From positions 22,938 through 86,937 of the forward strand of contig CAYRQF010000003.1 in NCBI GenBank assembly GCA_964426385.1: a DNA stretch of 64,000 nt, given 5' to 3'. The DNA is from an uncultured Candidatus Saccharibacteria bacterium (GTDB taxonomy: Bacteria > Patescibacteriota > Minisyncoccia > Phycocordibacterales > CSBR16-119). A program made the translations under genes and the position numbers. The notes under the pieces are model-generated. The model saw nothing but the letters and a program-made list of their open reading frames with translations. It was not told the DNA's origin and ran no database searches. Numbering within the stretch: position 1 is the stretch's first letter; each line of letters begins with the position of its first letter. This document shows, piece by piece, positions 55,610 through 64,000 of this stretch.

Positions 55610-57508
55610 ATGCCTCCAAAGAAAAAAAGTAAAATCGAACATTTGAAAGAAAGACTTTATAGTCCGAAGTCTAAGGATATACAGGCAAAGCCTCGTGCGG
55701 AGATATATGAAGACCCGCACGCTGTTCCAAATAATTGGACCAAAGAACCTATGGTTACTCACAAGAAAAAGAAAAACTTACTTCATAACAGTATGTTCCG
55801 CAAATTTTTTATTGCGGCGATACTATTCTTCGTCGTATCTGTCGGATTCGGGATGTTTATGTTTTTTGGTGGATCAAACACAGTTTCCGCGGATAATATA
55901 GATATCGTTATTCTCGGCAATGCCTTCGTCTCCGGTGGCGAAGAACTACCACTTGAAATCCAGCTGGTGAATAGGAACAATGTCCCTCTCGAATACGGTG
56001 ACCTAATCATCGAATACCAGAAAGGCTCTGGCGGAGGTGAAGAAATACATAGCGACCGCGTCGCAGTCGGGACTATTCCCGCAGGAGGCATGATAGAAAA
56101 GCTTGTTAATGTTACTATTTTTGGCCAGCAGGGTACGACAAGAGACCTCAATATTACTCTAGAATATCGAGTCAAAGGCTCTAGTGCTATTTTCGTTAAA
56201 CAAAAACCTTATGTGGTGAATATCTCGTCAACGCCAGTCAATCTCCTGATTGAGGGTCCTGAGGTCACAAACTCGAACCAAGAAATAACTTTTGATATAA
56301 CTGCGAGCCTAAACACCGAGAGCTCAGTCAAGGATATGATGATCGTGGTAAATTATCCACCAGGATTTGATCTAGACGAGACGATTCCAGAGGCGACATT
56401 TTCAAATAATATCTGGTCCCTCGGAGACCTTCAGAAAGGGGCTGAGAAGAAAATAACAATAACAGGTACTGTTGTAGCAGATTCCGGTGAGGATAGAGCT
56501 TTCAATGTGTATATCGGCAGTGCCGACCCAGAAAATGAACAGCGCATAGGCGTACAATTTAATTCTCAGAACTACATCGTCGCTATAGAAAAGCCGTTCC
56601 TTGATCTCAAATTCAAAATTAACGGCAACTCTGCTCCGGAAGTGTCGGTGTTTAGTAGTAAGCAAACAAAAGGTGAGATAGACCTGATAAACGCTCTCGA
56701 CACAAAGATGACGGATATTGAGGTTGTGGCTAAATTTTCTGGCAATGCATTCGATCCCACATCGGTTGTTCCTGAAGAAGGTTTCTATGACTCGACTAAG
56801 CAGTCAATAATTTGGAATAGTCAGACTCTAGAGAATCTACAGAGCTTTGATCCTGGAGATAAGCAGACACTTAAATTCTCATACCTACCATTGTCATCTT
56901 CTGATTCGAGTATCAAGAATCCTGAGGTAAATATAGAAATATCAGTTCAGGGTCGTCAGCCATCGCTTGGAAATCTAACACGGGAGATAGAGAACTACGT
57001 AAAGAAGAGGGTGAAATACGGATCTTCTATGCAGATAACAGGGAATGCGCTTTATAATTCGGGACCATTCCAGAATACTGGGCCACTCCCTCCAAAGCCA
57101 GGATCTTCTACGACGTATACGGTCGTCTGGAATATCGCGAGTGGTAATAACAAAATAGTTGATGCGGTAGCCTCTACGACTCTTCCACTGTATGTCGAAT
57201 GGACAGGAAAAATAAGTCCAGCAAATCAGGACGTTACGTACAATGCGACAACCAATGAAATCGTCTGGAATATCGGGACACTTGAGCCTTTTGTTGGAAC
57301 GAACACCTCAGCTCGACAGCTGTATTTTCAAGTCAAACTAACGCCATCAGCATCTCAGTCTGGAAGCACAGTAGATCTGACGACTGAAACCGTGATGAGG
57401 GGTAAGGACTCATTTACAGGGTCTGAGATGAATCGCTCGATGTCGAGTATAAATACTAGACTAAATCTCGATAGCAACTATAATCCAGAGAATGATAAAA
57501 TCGAATAA
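55610..57508 (+). CDS. membrane-anchored exported repeat protein (hypothetical; DUF11/CARDB-like beta-sandwich repeats)
   Basis: Lys-rich N-terminal tail, one TM helix, ~550-aa beta-rich ectodomain. Confidence 0.7.
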   Translation: MPPKKKSKIEHLKERLYSPKSKDIQAKPRAEIYEDPHAVPNNWTKEPMVTHKKKKNLLHNSMFRKFFIAAILFFVVSVGFGMFMFFGGSNTVSADNIDIVILGNAFVSGGEELPLEIQLVNRNNVPLEYGDLIIEYQKGSGGGEEIHSDRVAVGTIPAGGMIEKLVNVTIFGQQGTTRDLNITLEYRVKGSSAIFVKQKPYVVNISSTPVNLLIEGPEVTNSNQEITFDITASLNTESSVKDMMIVVNYPPGFDLDETIPEATFSNNIWSLGDLQKGAEKKITITGTVVADSGEDRAFNVYIGSADPENEQRIGVQFNSQNYIVAIEKPFLDLKFKINGNSAPEVSVFSSKQTKGEIDLINALDTKMTDIEVVAKFSGNAFDPTSVVPEEGFYDSTKQSIIWNSQTLENLQSFDPGDKQTLKFSYLPLSSSDSSIKNPEVNIEISVQGRQPSLGNLTREIENYVKKRVKYGSSMQITGNALYNSGPFQNTGPLPPKPGSSTTYTVVWNIASGNNKIVDAVASTTLPLYVEWTGKISPANQDVTYNATTNEIVWNIGTLEPFVGTNTSARQLYFQVKLTPSASQSGSTVDLTTETVMRGKDSFTGSEMNRSMSSINTRLNLDSNYNPENDKIE

Positions 57509-57509
57509 T

Positions 57510-58832
57510 ATGAAAGAGGATTTGATGCAAAAACTGGTGTCGCTCGGCAAAAGAAGGGGGTTCGTCTTCCAGGGGTCAGAGATATACGGCGGATTGGCTG
57601 GAACATACGACTACGGACCACTTGGCTCACTTCTCAAAGAGAATGTGAAATCTTCATGGAAGAACAAATTCGTATCTGGACGAGAAGATATGCACCTCCT
57701 CGATGCGGCCATACTTATGAATCAGAGAGTCTGGCAGACTACGGGGCACGTGGACCATTTCTCTGACCCCCTAGTCGAGTGCAAGAAATGCAAGAAGCGC
57801 TTTCGTGCTGACCAACTCGCTGTACCACCACCCGAAGGTAAGTGCCCAGAATGTAAAGGAGAGTTTGGTCCTGTTCGTCAGTTCAACATGATGCTCGCTA
57901 CTCAGGTGGGTGCTGCGGAGGATTCTAGTGCGACCTCATACCTTCGCCCAGAGACAGCACAGGGAATATTTGTGAACTTCAAAAACGTCGTCGATTCGAT
58001 GCAGCCGAAAGTCCCTTTTGGTATCGCCCAGATCGGCAAAGCCTTTCGAAACGAGATCACTCCTCGTGACTTCATCTTCCGCCTGCGGGAGCTAGAGCAG
58101 ATGGAGATCGAATACTTCGTGCACCCAGATGAGTGGCAAAAACATTTCGAATATTGGAAGGATGAGATGCTCGAATGGATGGCAGAGATCGGTCTCGACA
58201 TGTCAAAAGTTCATGATGTCGAGATAGCTGATGGAGACCGTGCCCACTACTCATCACGCACCATAGACTTTGAATTCGAGTATCCTTTCGGTCAGAAAGA
58301 ACTCTACGGGCTCGCTTATCGTGGGGACTACGATCTGAGTAAACACGCCGAAGCTTCCGGCGAGAAGCTAGAATATAGATTTCAGGATGAATCCGGAGTC
58401 CAGGTATTCACGCCTCATGTTATCGAGCCATCGTTTGGATTAGATAGAACTATTCTCGCACTCCTTGCCTCTGCATATCGCGAGGAAGGGGTGGGGGATG
58501 ATACTAGGGTGTATCTCGCTCTAGATCCAAAAATCGCACCATACAAGATGTGTGTCTCACCACTTCTAAAAAACAAGCCAGAGCTGGTTGCTAAAGCTCG
58601 CGAAGTATTCGGGCATCTCAAGTCAGAATTTCGTAATGTTGTTTGGGATGACAGTGGCAATATCGGCAAGCGTTATCGCCGTCAGGACGAGATAGGTACT
58701 CCGTATTGTGTGGTTGTCGACTTCGAATCCCTAGAAGACGAGTCAGTTACTATCCGTCATCGAAATAGTGGTGAGCAGGAAAGGATGAAGATCTCAGAAC
58801 TTGCCCCATATCTACGCGATTCCCTCAAATAG
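57510..58832 (+). CDS. glyQS: glycyl-tRNA synthetase (alpha2 type)
   Basis: GFVFQGSEIYGGLAGTYDYGPLG. Class II motifs. The ORF track starts at 57492; the Met at 57510 is preferred. Confidence 0.95.
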   Translation: MKEDLMQKLVSLGKRRGFVFQGSEIYGGLAGTYDYGPLGSLLKENVKSSWKNKFVSGREDMHLLDAAILMNQRVWQTTGHVDHFSDPLVECKKCKKRFRADQLAVPPPEGKCPECKGEFGPVRQFNMMLATQVGAAEDSSATSYLRPETAQGIFVNFKNVVDSMQPKVPFGIAQIGKAFRNEITPRDFIFRLRELEQMEIEYFVHPDEWQKHFEYWKDEMLEWMAEIGLDMSKVHDVEIADGDRAHYSSRTIDFEFEYPFGQKELYGLAYRGDYDLSKHAEASGEKLEYRFQDESGVQVFTPHVIEPSFGLDRTILALLASAYREEGVGDDTRVYLALDPKIAPYKMCVSPLLKNKPELVAKAREVFGHLKSEFRNVVWDDSGNIGKRYRRQDEIGTPYCVVVDFESLEDESVTIRHRNSGEQERMKISELAPYLRDSLK

Positions 58833-58866
58833 CCACAAACTCGAAAAAAGAGTATTATTGTCCGTA

Positions 58867-59934
58867 ATGATAGATCGAACATACACTATAAATATAAGCC
58901 GTCGAACCCTATCTAATATCGTGATTCTGGGTTTGGTAGTCTTCGCTCTGTTCATTATGAAAGAGCTTGTTTTCGTTATTCTTACCTCTGTAGTCTTGGC
59001 CTCGTTCATCCGCACAGCTGCGGTGTCAGTGAAAAATCGCTTCGGACTGTCTAGGATACTATCCGTTGCGCTGATGTATCTCATTACATTCTGTGCATTG
59101 GCGGGAATATTCTATTTCTTCATTCCTGTGTTAGTGGTTGAGATATCTAACCTCTTGCCGGTTTTGACCAAATACCTACCAGCAAATCTGCCAATAGTTC
59201 AGAATCTTGATATCGATACATTGGGGGCTATAAGTACAGAGGGTGTTGCGGCGGGAGAGAGCCTCGGTCCGCTCGTCGACAATTTCCGGTCTTTTTTGCT
59301 CATACTAGCGTCAGGATTCGGCAATACTTTGTCTGCATTCTTCGGCGGGGTATTGAACATAGTGGTAGTCATCGTCGTTTCGTTCTATCTCTCGGTCTCG
59401 GCAGATGGTATCGAGTCATTCCTGCGTATACTTTCACCTATCGATAAAGAGGCCTATGTGATAGATCTGTGGAAGAGGTCTCAGCGCAAGATTGCCCTTT
59501 GGATGCAGGGTCAGCTTTTTCTCGGAGTCGTTATCGGAATCCTGACGTTTATCGGACTCACACTTCTCGGTGTTCCGCAGGCGATACTTCTCGCCGTTGT
59601 CGCCGCGATATTTGAACTCATTCCGTTTGGAATATTTTTGGCAGCTGTACCAGCGATATCTATCGCTTACGGTGGAGGAGGTATATCTCTCGCATTGATG
59701 GTCGCCGCACTTTATACCATTATCCAACAGCTCGAGGGCTATCTCATCTCGCCACTCGTTATGAACAAGATGACAGGAGTTTCCCCGCTGGTGGTCATCC
59801 TTTCAGTTTTGGTGGGTGTTCATCTGGCTGGATTCTGGGGGTTGATACTCGCTGTCCCTGTCGCCGTAACTCTGCTTGAGTATGTTAACGATCTCGAAAA
59901 AGAACGCATCCTTCGATTACAAAATGAGCAATAG
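58867..59934 (+). CDS. AI-2E family transporter (UPF0118/PerM-like)
   Basis: 8-TM pattern. AVVAAIFELIPFGIFLAAVP. The ORF track starts at 58801, overlapping glyQS. Confidence 0.75.
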   Translation: MIDRTYTINISRRTLSNIVILGLVVFALFIMKELVFVILTSVVLASFIRTAAVSVKNRFGLSRILSVALMYLITFCALAGIFYFFIPVLVVEISNLLPVLTKYLPANLPIVQNLDIDTLGAISTEGVAAGESLGPLVDNFRSFLLILASGFGNTLSAFFGGVLNIVVVIVVSFYLSVSADGIESFLRILSPIDKEAYVIDLWKRSQRKIALWMQGQLFLGVVIGILTFIGLTLLGVPQAILLAVVAAIFELIPFGIFLAAVPAISIAYGGGGISLALMVAALYTIIQQLEGYLISPLVMNKMTGVSPLVVILSVLVGVHLAGFWGLILAVPVAVTLLEYVNDLEKERILRLQNEQ

Positions 59935-61405
59935 ACCTGTATATATAACTACGACGCTTCCATACGTGAACAACGACCCTCATGTCGGTTTTGCCATGGA
60001 GATAATCCGTGCGGACGTACTAGCTCGATACCATAAGCTTATGGGTAAAGAGGTTTTTTTCAATACCGGAACAGACGAGCATGGACAGAAACTCCTCGCT
60101 GACGCAATGAAGGCAGGGAAGGAGGTCAAAGACTACGTCGATTTTTACGCCGAGAAGTTCCGTGGACTGAAAGACCTCCTTAATATCACCGACGAAGTCC
60201 ACTTTATCCGCACGACCGATGTCCATCATGAGGCAGCAGCACAGGCTCTCTGGAAGCTCGTCGATGGCAATGGCTACATCTACAAGAAAAATTACCAGAC
60301 CAAATACTGTGTCGGCTGCGAGCTCGAGAAAACAGATTCTGAACTAGGTGACAAGGGTCAGTGTCCGATACATCCAAACAAGGAAATAGAACTAATCGAT
60401 GAGGAGAATTACTTCTTCGCTTTTTCAAAGCTCGAGGGAAAACTTAAAGAGCTATATGATAATAATCCTCGTCTCGTTATTCCGGAATTCCGTTTCAACG
60501 AGATGAAGGCATTCCTCGACAGGGGTCTCCAGGACTTTTCTATATCCCGTCAGAAGGAAAAGATGTCGTGGGGTGTGCCGGTACCAGGGGATGACAAACA
60601 TGTCATGTATGTTTGGTTCGACGCACTCACGAACTATATCTCTACACTAGGGTGGCCAGAGGACGCTGAAGGCAACTATGCGAAATTCTGGCAGGACGGC
60701 CTAAAAATCCAGTACTGCGGTAAGGATAACCTCCGTCAGCAATCTATGATGTGGCAGGCGATACTTCTCGCAGCGAATCTACCAAATACAGATCATATAA
60801 TCATCGATGGGTTCATAAACTCTGGTGGACAGAAGATGAGTAAGTCTTTGGGAAACGTTATAAATCCTTACGACCTTATAAAAGACTATGAATCTGTTGC
60901 AGGAGATCTTGCACCAGATGTTTTGCGTTATTACATGCTTCGTCATGTAAATCCTTTCGAGGATTCAGACATGACACTTGATACATTTAAGGAAGCCTAT
61001 AATTCAGGTCTAACAAACGGACTAGGTAATTTGGTTTCTAGGGTGATGAAAATGGCCACTACTTATGGTGTGAGTCTTTCGGAGGATGAAAAAACAATGA
61101 CTTATTATGGTACAGGAACAGAAGATTTTTTGAATGACTACAATATGATGATAAAAATGGATGAGATTTGGGCAAATTTTAAAAGTATTGATGAGTCTAT
61201 AACAAGAACTGAACCCTTTAAGAAAATAAAGACAGATCCAGATCAAGCAAAAAGCGACGTCCATACAATGTTGGTCCATTTGCTTGGAGGTGCTCTCGCG
61301 TTGGAACCATTTTTACCTAAAACATCTTTAATTCTGCAAGTTCTAATAAAAGAGAATAAGATGCCTGAAACTCCGCTCTTTAACCGTCTAGAAGCTAAAA
61401 GCTAA
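59924..61405 (+). CDS. metG: methionyl-tRNA synthetase (short form); the last codons come from the short repeat (…RLEAKS)
   Basis: HVGF (HIGH-like) motif, KMSKS, single Zn-knuckle. The ORF track starts at 59876. Confidence 0.9.
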   Translation: MSNRPVYITTTLPYVNNDPHVGFAMEIIRADVLARYHKLMGKEVFFNTGTDEHGQKLLADAMKAGKEVKDYVDFYAEKFRGLKDLLNITDEVHFIRTTDVHHEAAAQALWKLVDGNGYIYKKNYQTKYCVGCELEKTDSELGDKGQCPIHPNKEIELIDEENYFFAFSKLEGKLKELYDNNPRLVIPEFRFNEMKAFLDRGLQDFSISRQKEKMSWGVPVPGDDKHVMYVWFDALTNYISTLGWPEDAEGNYAKFWQDGLKIQYCGKDNLRQQSMMWQAILLAANLPNTDHIIIDGFINSGGQKMSKSLGNVINPYDLIKDYESVAGDLAPDVLRYYMLRHVNPFEDSDMTLDTFKEAYNSGLTNGLGNLVSRVMKMATTYGVSLSEDEKTMTYYGTGTEDFLNDYNMMIKMDEIWANFKSIDESITRTEPFKKIKTDPDQAKSDVHTMLVHLLGGALALEPFLPKTSLILQVLIKENKMPETPLFNRLEAKS

Positions 61406-61417
61406 CAGCTATAAGCT
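61387..61417 (+). repeat. short-repeat copy ctagaagctaaaagctaacagctataagct spanning the metG stop and ending at the tatD ATG
   Basis: Matches the AGCTAKAAGCTAAAAGC-N4-AGCTAKAAGCT family. Confidence 0.7.
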
Positions 61418-62203
61418 ATGCGTTACTTCGATATCCATTCGCATCTAAACCTTTCGCCTCTATCGGAAGATAAGGCGAGGATCATAAAAACTCTCGAGGA
61501 AAAAGAAGTGAGTACAATTACTGTGGGTGTTGATCTCGTAACTTCTGAACAAGCTGTCGAGATCGCACAGGATAGCGTGAATCTTTTTGCTTCTGTAGGC
61601 TTTCACCCATCAGACGCGGGGAAGAAAGAGTTTGATGCAGAAAAATTCCGCGATCTCGCGGGTAGGGAAAAAGTAGTCGCCATCGGCGAATGCGGATTAG
61701 ATTACTTCCGGGTAGAGTCGAGCGACACTGAGACCAAGAATTTGCAGAAAGAAATTTTTATAAAACAAATCGATTTATCTATCGATAAAAATTTACCACT
61801 TATCCTCCATGTTCGTCCACAGAAGGGGACAATGGACGCCTATGAAGATGTTTTGGAAATTCTCCAATCTTACTCTCGCAAAAAACCAAGAGGCGACGTG
61901 CATTTTTTCGTTGGTTCTCCGGAAATTGCCCAAAGATTTTTGAGTCTAGGTTTTTACTTGTCATTCACTGGGGTTGTCACATTTGCCCGAGACTATGACG
62001 AAGTCATCAGACTCACCCCATTAGACCGTATCCTTACAGAAACCGATGCACCATTCGTCACACCCGTTCCATATAGGGGGCAGACATGCGAGCCATGGAT
62101 GGTGGAGGAGGTAGTCAGAAAGATTGCTGATATCAAGGGGCTCGAACTGGAAGAATTCCGTCTCCAAGTGATTCAGAACACCAAAAGCCTTTTTGGGGTC
62201 TAG
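61418..62203 (+). CDS. tatD: TatD-family metal-dependent deoxyribonuclease
   Basis: MRYFDIHSHL, ...HFF..., ETDAPF motifs. Confidence 0.9.
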   Translation: MRYFDIHSHLNLSPLSEDKARIIKTLEEKEVSTITVGVDLVTSEQAVEIAQDSVNLFASVGFHPSDAGKKEFDAEKFRDLAGREKVVAIGECGLDYFRVESSDTETKNLQKEIFIKQIDLSIDKNLPLILHVRPQKGTMDAYEDVLEILQSYSRKKPRGDVHFFVGSPEIAQRFLSLGFYLSFTGVVTFARDYDEVIRLTPLDRILTETDAPFVTPVPYRGQTCEPWMVEEVVRKIADIKGLELEEFRLQVIQNTKSLFGV

Positions 62204-62234
62204 GTACTTGACAGAAGTGCGTACCCATGATATC

Positions 62235-62690
62235 TTTTGAAATATAGAAATTGGTGATTCACCCGAAGAGATCTCCTGGGCTGTCGCTCCAGGAACAAGA
62301 CTTTTAGGGTATGCGGGTCACTCCGTTAAACTGAACGAACTGCAGTTTCTGGTGGGTTCTCGGCGGGGAGTCGTGCGCGTTGGCGAACAGTCGCACGCTC
62401 TCCTCTGGGAACCATGTTCTTCAATCAACACCCTTCGGGGTTCATCATAAGTGAGCGTGCGTCTGTTCCTGCAGGGAAAACGGGCTTGGTGGTGGCCTTG
62501 CCATCCTTGCGACGATGCATTTCTCGCCCACGAGCCTAGCGACCATGTCGCTGGGCTCGTTCCTTTTTTACCTAATATTGCGCCCATTTACTATTACCAA
62601 GCCTTCTGATAGTATGACCCTAACGTTTCGTTCGACTGCCTTGAAATTACAGGCCGTCGCTTGGTCCGATACGATGCGTTTTTTCTTTAT
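62235..62690 (+). ncRNA. candidate structured non-coding RNA, unidentified class; strand uncertain
   Basis: ~450 nt with no credible ORF in any frame. GC clearly above flanks. Multiple perfect hairpins (CGAGCC-AGCGAC-catg-GTCGCT-GGCTCG; ACCC-UUCG-GGGU). Ends in a T-run. TTGACA-17-TATCTT promoter-like sequence at 62207-62235. Confidence 0.3.
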
Positions 62691-62726
62691 CAAAAATTGA
62701 AAATTATTAATTAAAGTTAAACAAAA

Positions 62727-63230
62727 ATGGAAGAAACAGCAAAGAAACAAATCTACGAGCTCGGATACCATGTCCTCCCGACATTGTCCGAAGACGAGGT
62801 GACGAAAGTAGTAGGGGGCATCAAAGATCTCCTGTCTGGAGCAGAGGCTACTGTTATCGCTGAACAGTTTCCACAGATGATGAATCTAGCTTATGAGATA
62901 GGTAAAGACCTCGAGAACAAGAACAGGAAGTTCGGTAGTGCCTATTTCGGCTGGATTAAGTTCGAGATCCCGACTATGGCTATCGAAGGTTTCAAGGAAA
63001 CTATGGACAAGAATCTAAGTATCCTACGCTTCATTATCATCAAGACTGTGCGCGAGAGTACTCTAGCGACACCAAAGCTTGCTCACAAGGGCATGATTCG
63101 CCGAACGCCTACAGATACTGATGCTGCGGCACCTATGGATGAGGCCGCTGTCGACAAGAAGATCGACGCCATGCTTGAAGAAGATGCAGCCGTTCCAGCA
63201 GTTGAAGGAGCGTTGCCAGAAGTTAAATAG
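62727..63230 (+). CDS. rpsF: 30S ribosomal protein S6 with an acidic C-terminal tail
   Basis: S6 pattern YELGYHVLP...; rpsF-ssb-rpsR gene order. Confidence 0.9.
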   Translation: MEETAKKQIYELGYHVLPTLSEDEVTKVVGGIKDLLSGAEATVIAEQFPQMMNLAYEIGKDLENKNRKFGSAYFGWIKFEIPTMAIEGFKETMDKNLSILRFIIIKTVRESTLATPKLAHKGMIRRTPTDTDAAAPMDEAAVDKKIDAMLEEDAAVPAVEGALPEVK

Positions 63231-63273
63231 TCTCTTACAATAGGGCTAGCATTATAAATAACTTCTCAATCAA

Positions 63274-63738
63274 ATGTATCTAAATAAAGCTATGGTTATC
63301 GGGAATCTCACCCGCGACCCTGAGACAAAAGCTCTCCCGTCTGGTATAAAAGTCTGTAACTTCAGTGTCGCCACTAACAGGACATGGAAGGACAAGAACG
63401 GTGCCAAACAAGAGTCCGCAGACTTCCACAACGTCGTGGTGTTCGGACGTCAGGCCGAGATAGTTCAGCAGTATATGAAGAAGGGGAGCTCGATCATGGT
63501 AGAGGGTCGCATGCAGACTCGCTCGTGGGATGCAGATGGGGGCAAGAAATACCGCACCGAGATCATCGCTGACCGTATCCAATTCGGACCACGGGCGGGC
63601 GGAACAGGGGGTGGTGGAAACTTTGGCGGAGGTCAGAATCAGACGAATCCTCAGGACTCTGAGTCGATGAAAGCTCCAGAACTCGAAACCATAGAGTATC
63701 CAGAAGATGACATCAACCCAGAAGACATACCGTTCTAG
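63274..63738 (+). CDS. ssb: single-stranded DNA-binding protein
   Basis: OB fold, Gly-rich linker, C-terminal acidic DIPF tail. Confidence 0.9.
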   Translation: MYLNKAMVIGNLTRDPETKALPSGIKVCNFSVATNRTWKDKNGAKQESADFHNVVVFGRQAEIVQQYMKKGSSIMVEGRMQTRSWDADGGKKYRTEIIADRIQFGPRAGGTGGGGNFGGGQNQTNPQDSESMKAPELETIEYPEDDINPEDIPF

Positions 63739-63771
63739 AACCCAACAATCATTAATAATAACCTAATCAAC

Positions 63772-63969
63772 ATGCAAGATTATTTCTCATCGAACAATAT
63801 CAAACACGTCGACTACAAAGACGTTGCGATTCTGAAGCAGTTCCTCGATCCTTCTGCTCGCCTTATGGGCAAGCGCAAGACGAAGCTTTCTGCCAAGAAT
63901 CAGAAGCACGTCACGACAGCGGTCAAACGCGCTCGCATCATGGGACTCCTCCCATTCGTAGCCGAATAA
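63772..63969 (+). CDS. rpsR: 30S ribosomal protein S18
   Basis: S18 pattern (DYKDVAILKQFL...KRARIMGLLPF). Confidence 0.9.
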   Translation: MQDYFSSNNIKHVDYKDVAILKQFLDPSARLMGKRKTKLSAKNQKHVTTAVKRARIMGLLPFVAE

Positions 63970-63971
63970 CA

Positions 63972-63998
63972 AAATCCACCCGAAAGGGTGGTTTTTGT
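63972..63998 (+). terminator. rho-independent terminator
   Basis: ccaccc-gaaa-gggtgg hairpin followed by a T-run. Confidence 0.6.
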
Positions 63999-64000
63999 TT

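Noticed and set aside
62235-62690. Specific calls of RNase P RNA, tmRNA or SRP RNA
   Set aside because: The exact conserved blocks (GGAAAGUCCGGGCUCC, the tRNA-like GGUUCGA.UCC 3' end with CCA context, AGGUCAGGUCCGGAAGGAAGCAGC) are not found on either strand. The class is therefore left open rather than asserted.
62318-62700. Short ORFs (89, 61, 67 aa) inside the tatD-rpsF gap
   Set aside because: Low-complexity products (RRACDCSPTRTTPRREPTR...) that overlap each other. The region is better explained as structured non-coding RNA.
1-64000. rRNA, tRNA and CRISPR arrays
   Set aside because: I inspected all intergenic gaps over 40 bp. None contains tRNA-like T-arm or anticodon-arm architecture, rRNA-like conserved blocks, or regularly spaced direct repeats.

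Overview
The window is a 64-kb, gene-dense bacterial chromosomal segment with almost all genes on the + strand and an estimated GC content in the high 40s%. I found no rRNA, tRNA or CRISPR array. The small gene sizes, split ComEC, giant surface proteins and truncated aaRS forms suggest a small-genome, possibly Patescibacteria/CPR-like organism; that is an inference.

Housekeeping genes found:
- Aminoacyl-tRNA synthetases: thrS, argS, ileS, glyQS, metG.
- Translation and ribosomal: rpsL-rpsG-fusA; secE-nusG-rplK; rpmB; rpsF-ssb-rpsR.
- A thymidylate/folate cluster: folA(-), a CYTH-domain gene, dcd, thyA, glyA, a purine nucleoside phosphorylase and pterin-4a-carbinolamine dehydratase.
- Others: split comEC, rnhA, recO, tatD, msrA, cold-shock protein, ZIP transporter, NUDIX, DsbA-like, FKBP, SIMPL, two YceI-like genes and a SET-domain protein.

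Accessory content:
- a 2922-aa giant secreted protein (FN3 arrays, dockerin-like Ca-binding repeats, C-terminal parallel beta-helix);
- two paralogous Pmp-like beta-helix surface proteins;
- a secreted beta-propeller protein with a Bacteroidetes-type (T9SS-like) C-terminal sorting domain, in a GC-elevated segment;
- a large zincin metalloprotease with SdrD-B and DUF11 domains;
- a two-gene island with deviant codon usage inserted after rplK, next to a nested long inverted repeat.

Most unusual observations:
1. ileS carries a complete histidine-phosphatase (PGAM-like) domain inserted in-frame.
2. A ~36-bp repeat family (AGCTAKAAGCTAAAAGC-N4-AGCTAKAAGCTA) occurs in-frame twice inside ileS (encoding SLEAKSDKLEAS), at the 3' end of metG, and as an inverted pair flanking the fusA terminator.
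3. A second ~118-bp element family with 12-bp terminal inverted repeats (CCCGTTAGAGAT...ATCTCTAAYGGG) occurs twice, each copy ending exactly at an ATG start codon.
4. A ~450-nt GC-rich, non-coding, structured region upstream of rpsF is a candidate unidentified ncRNA.

All coordinates of non-ORF features are approximate (within a few nt).
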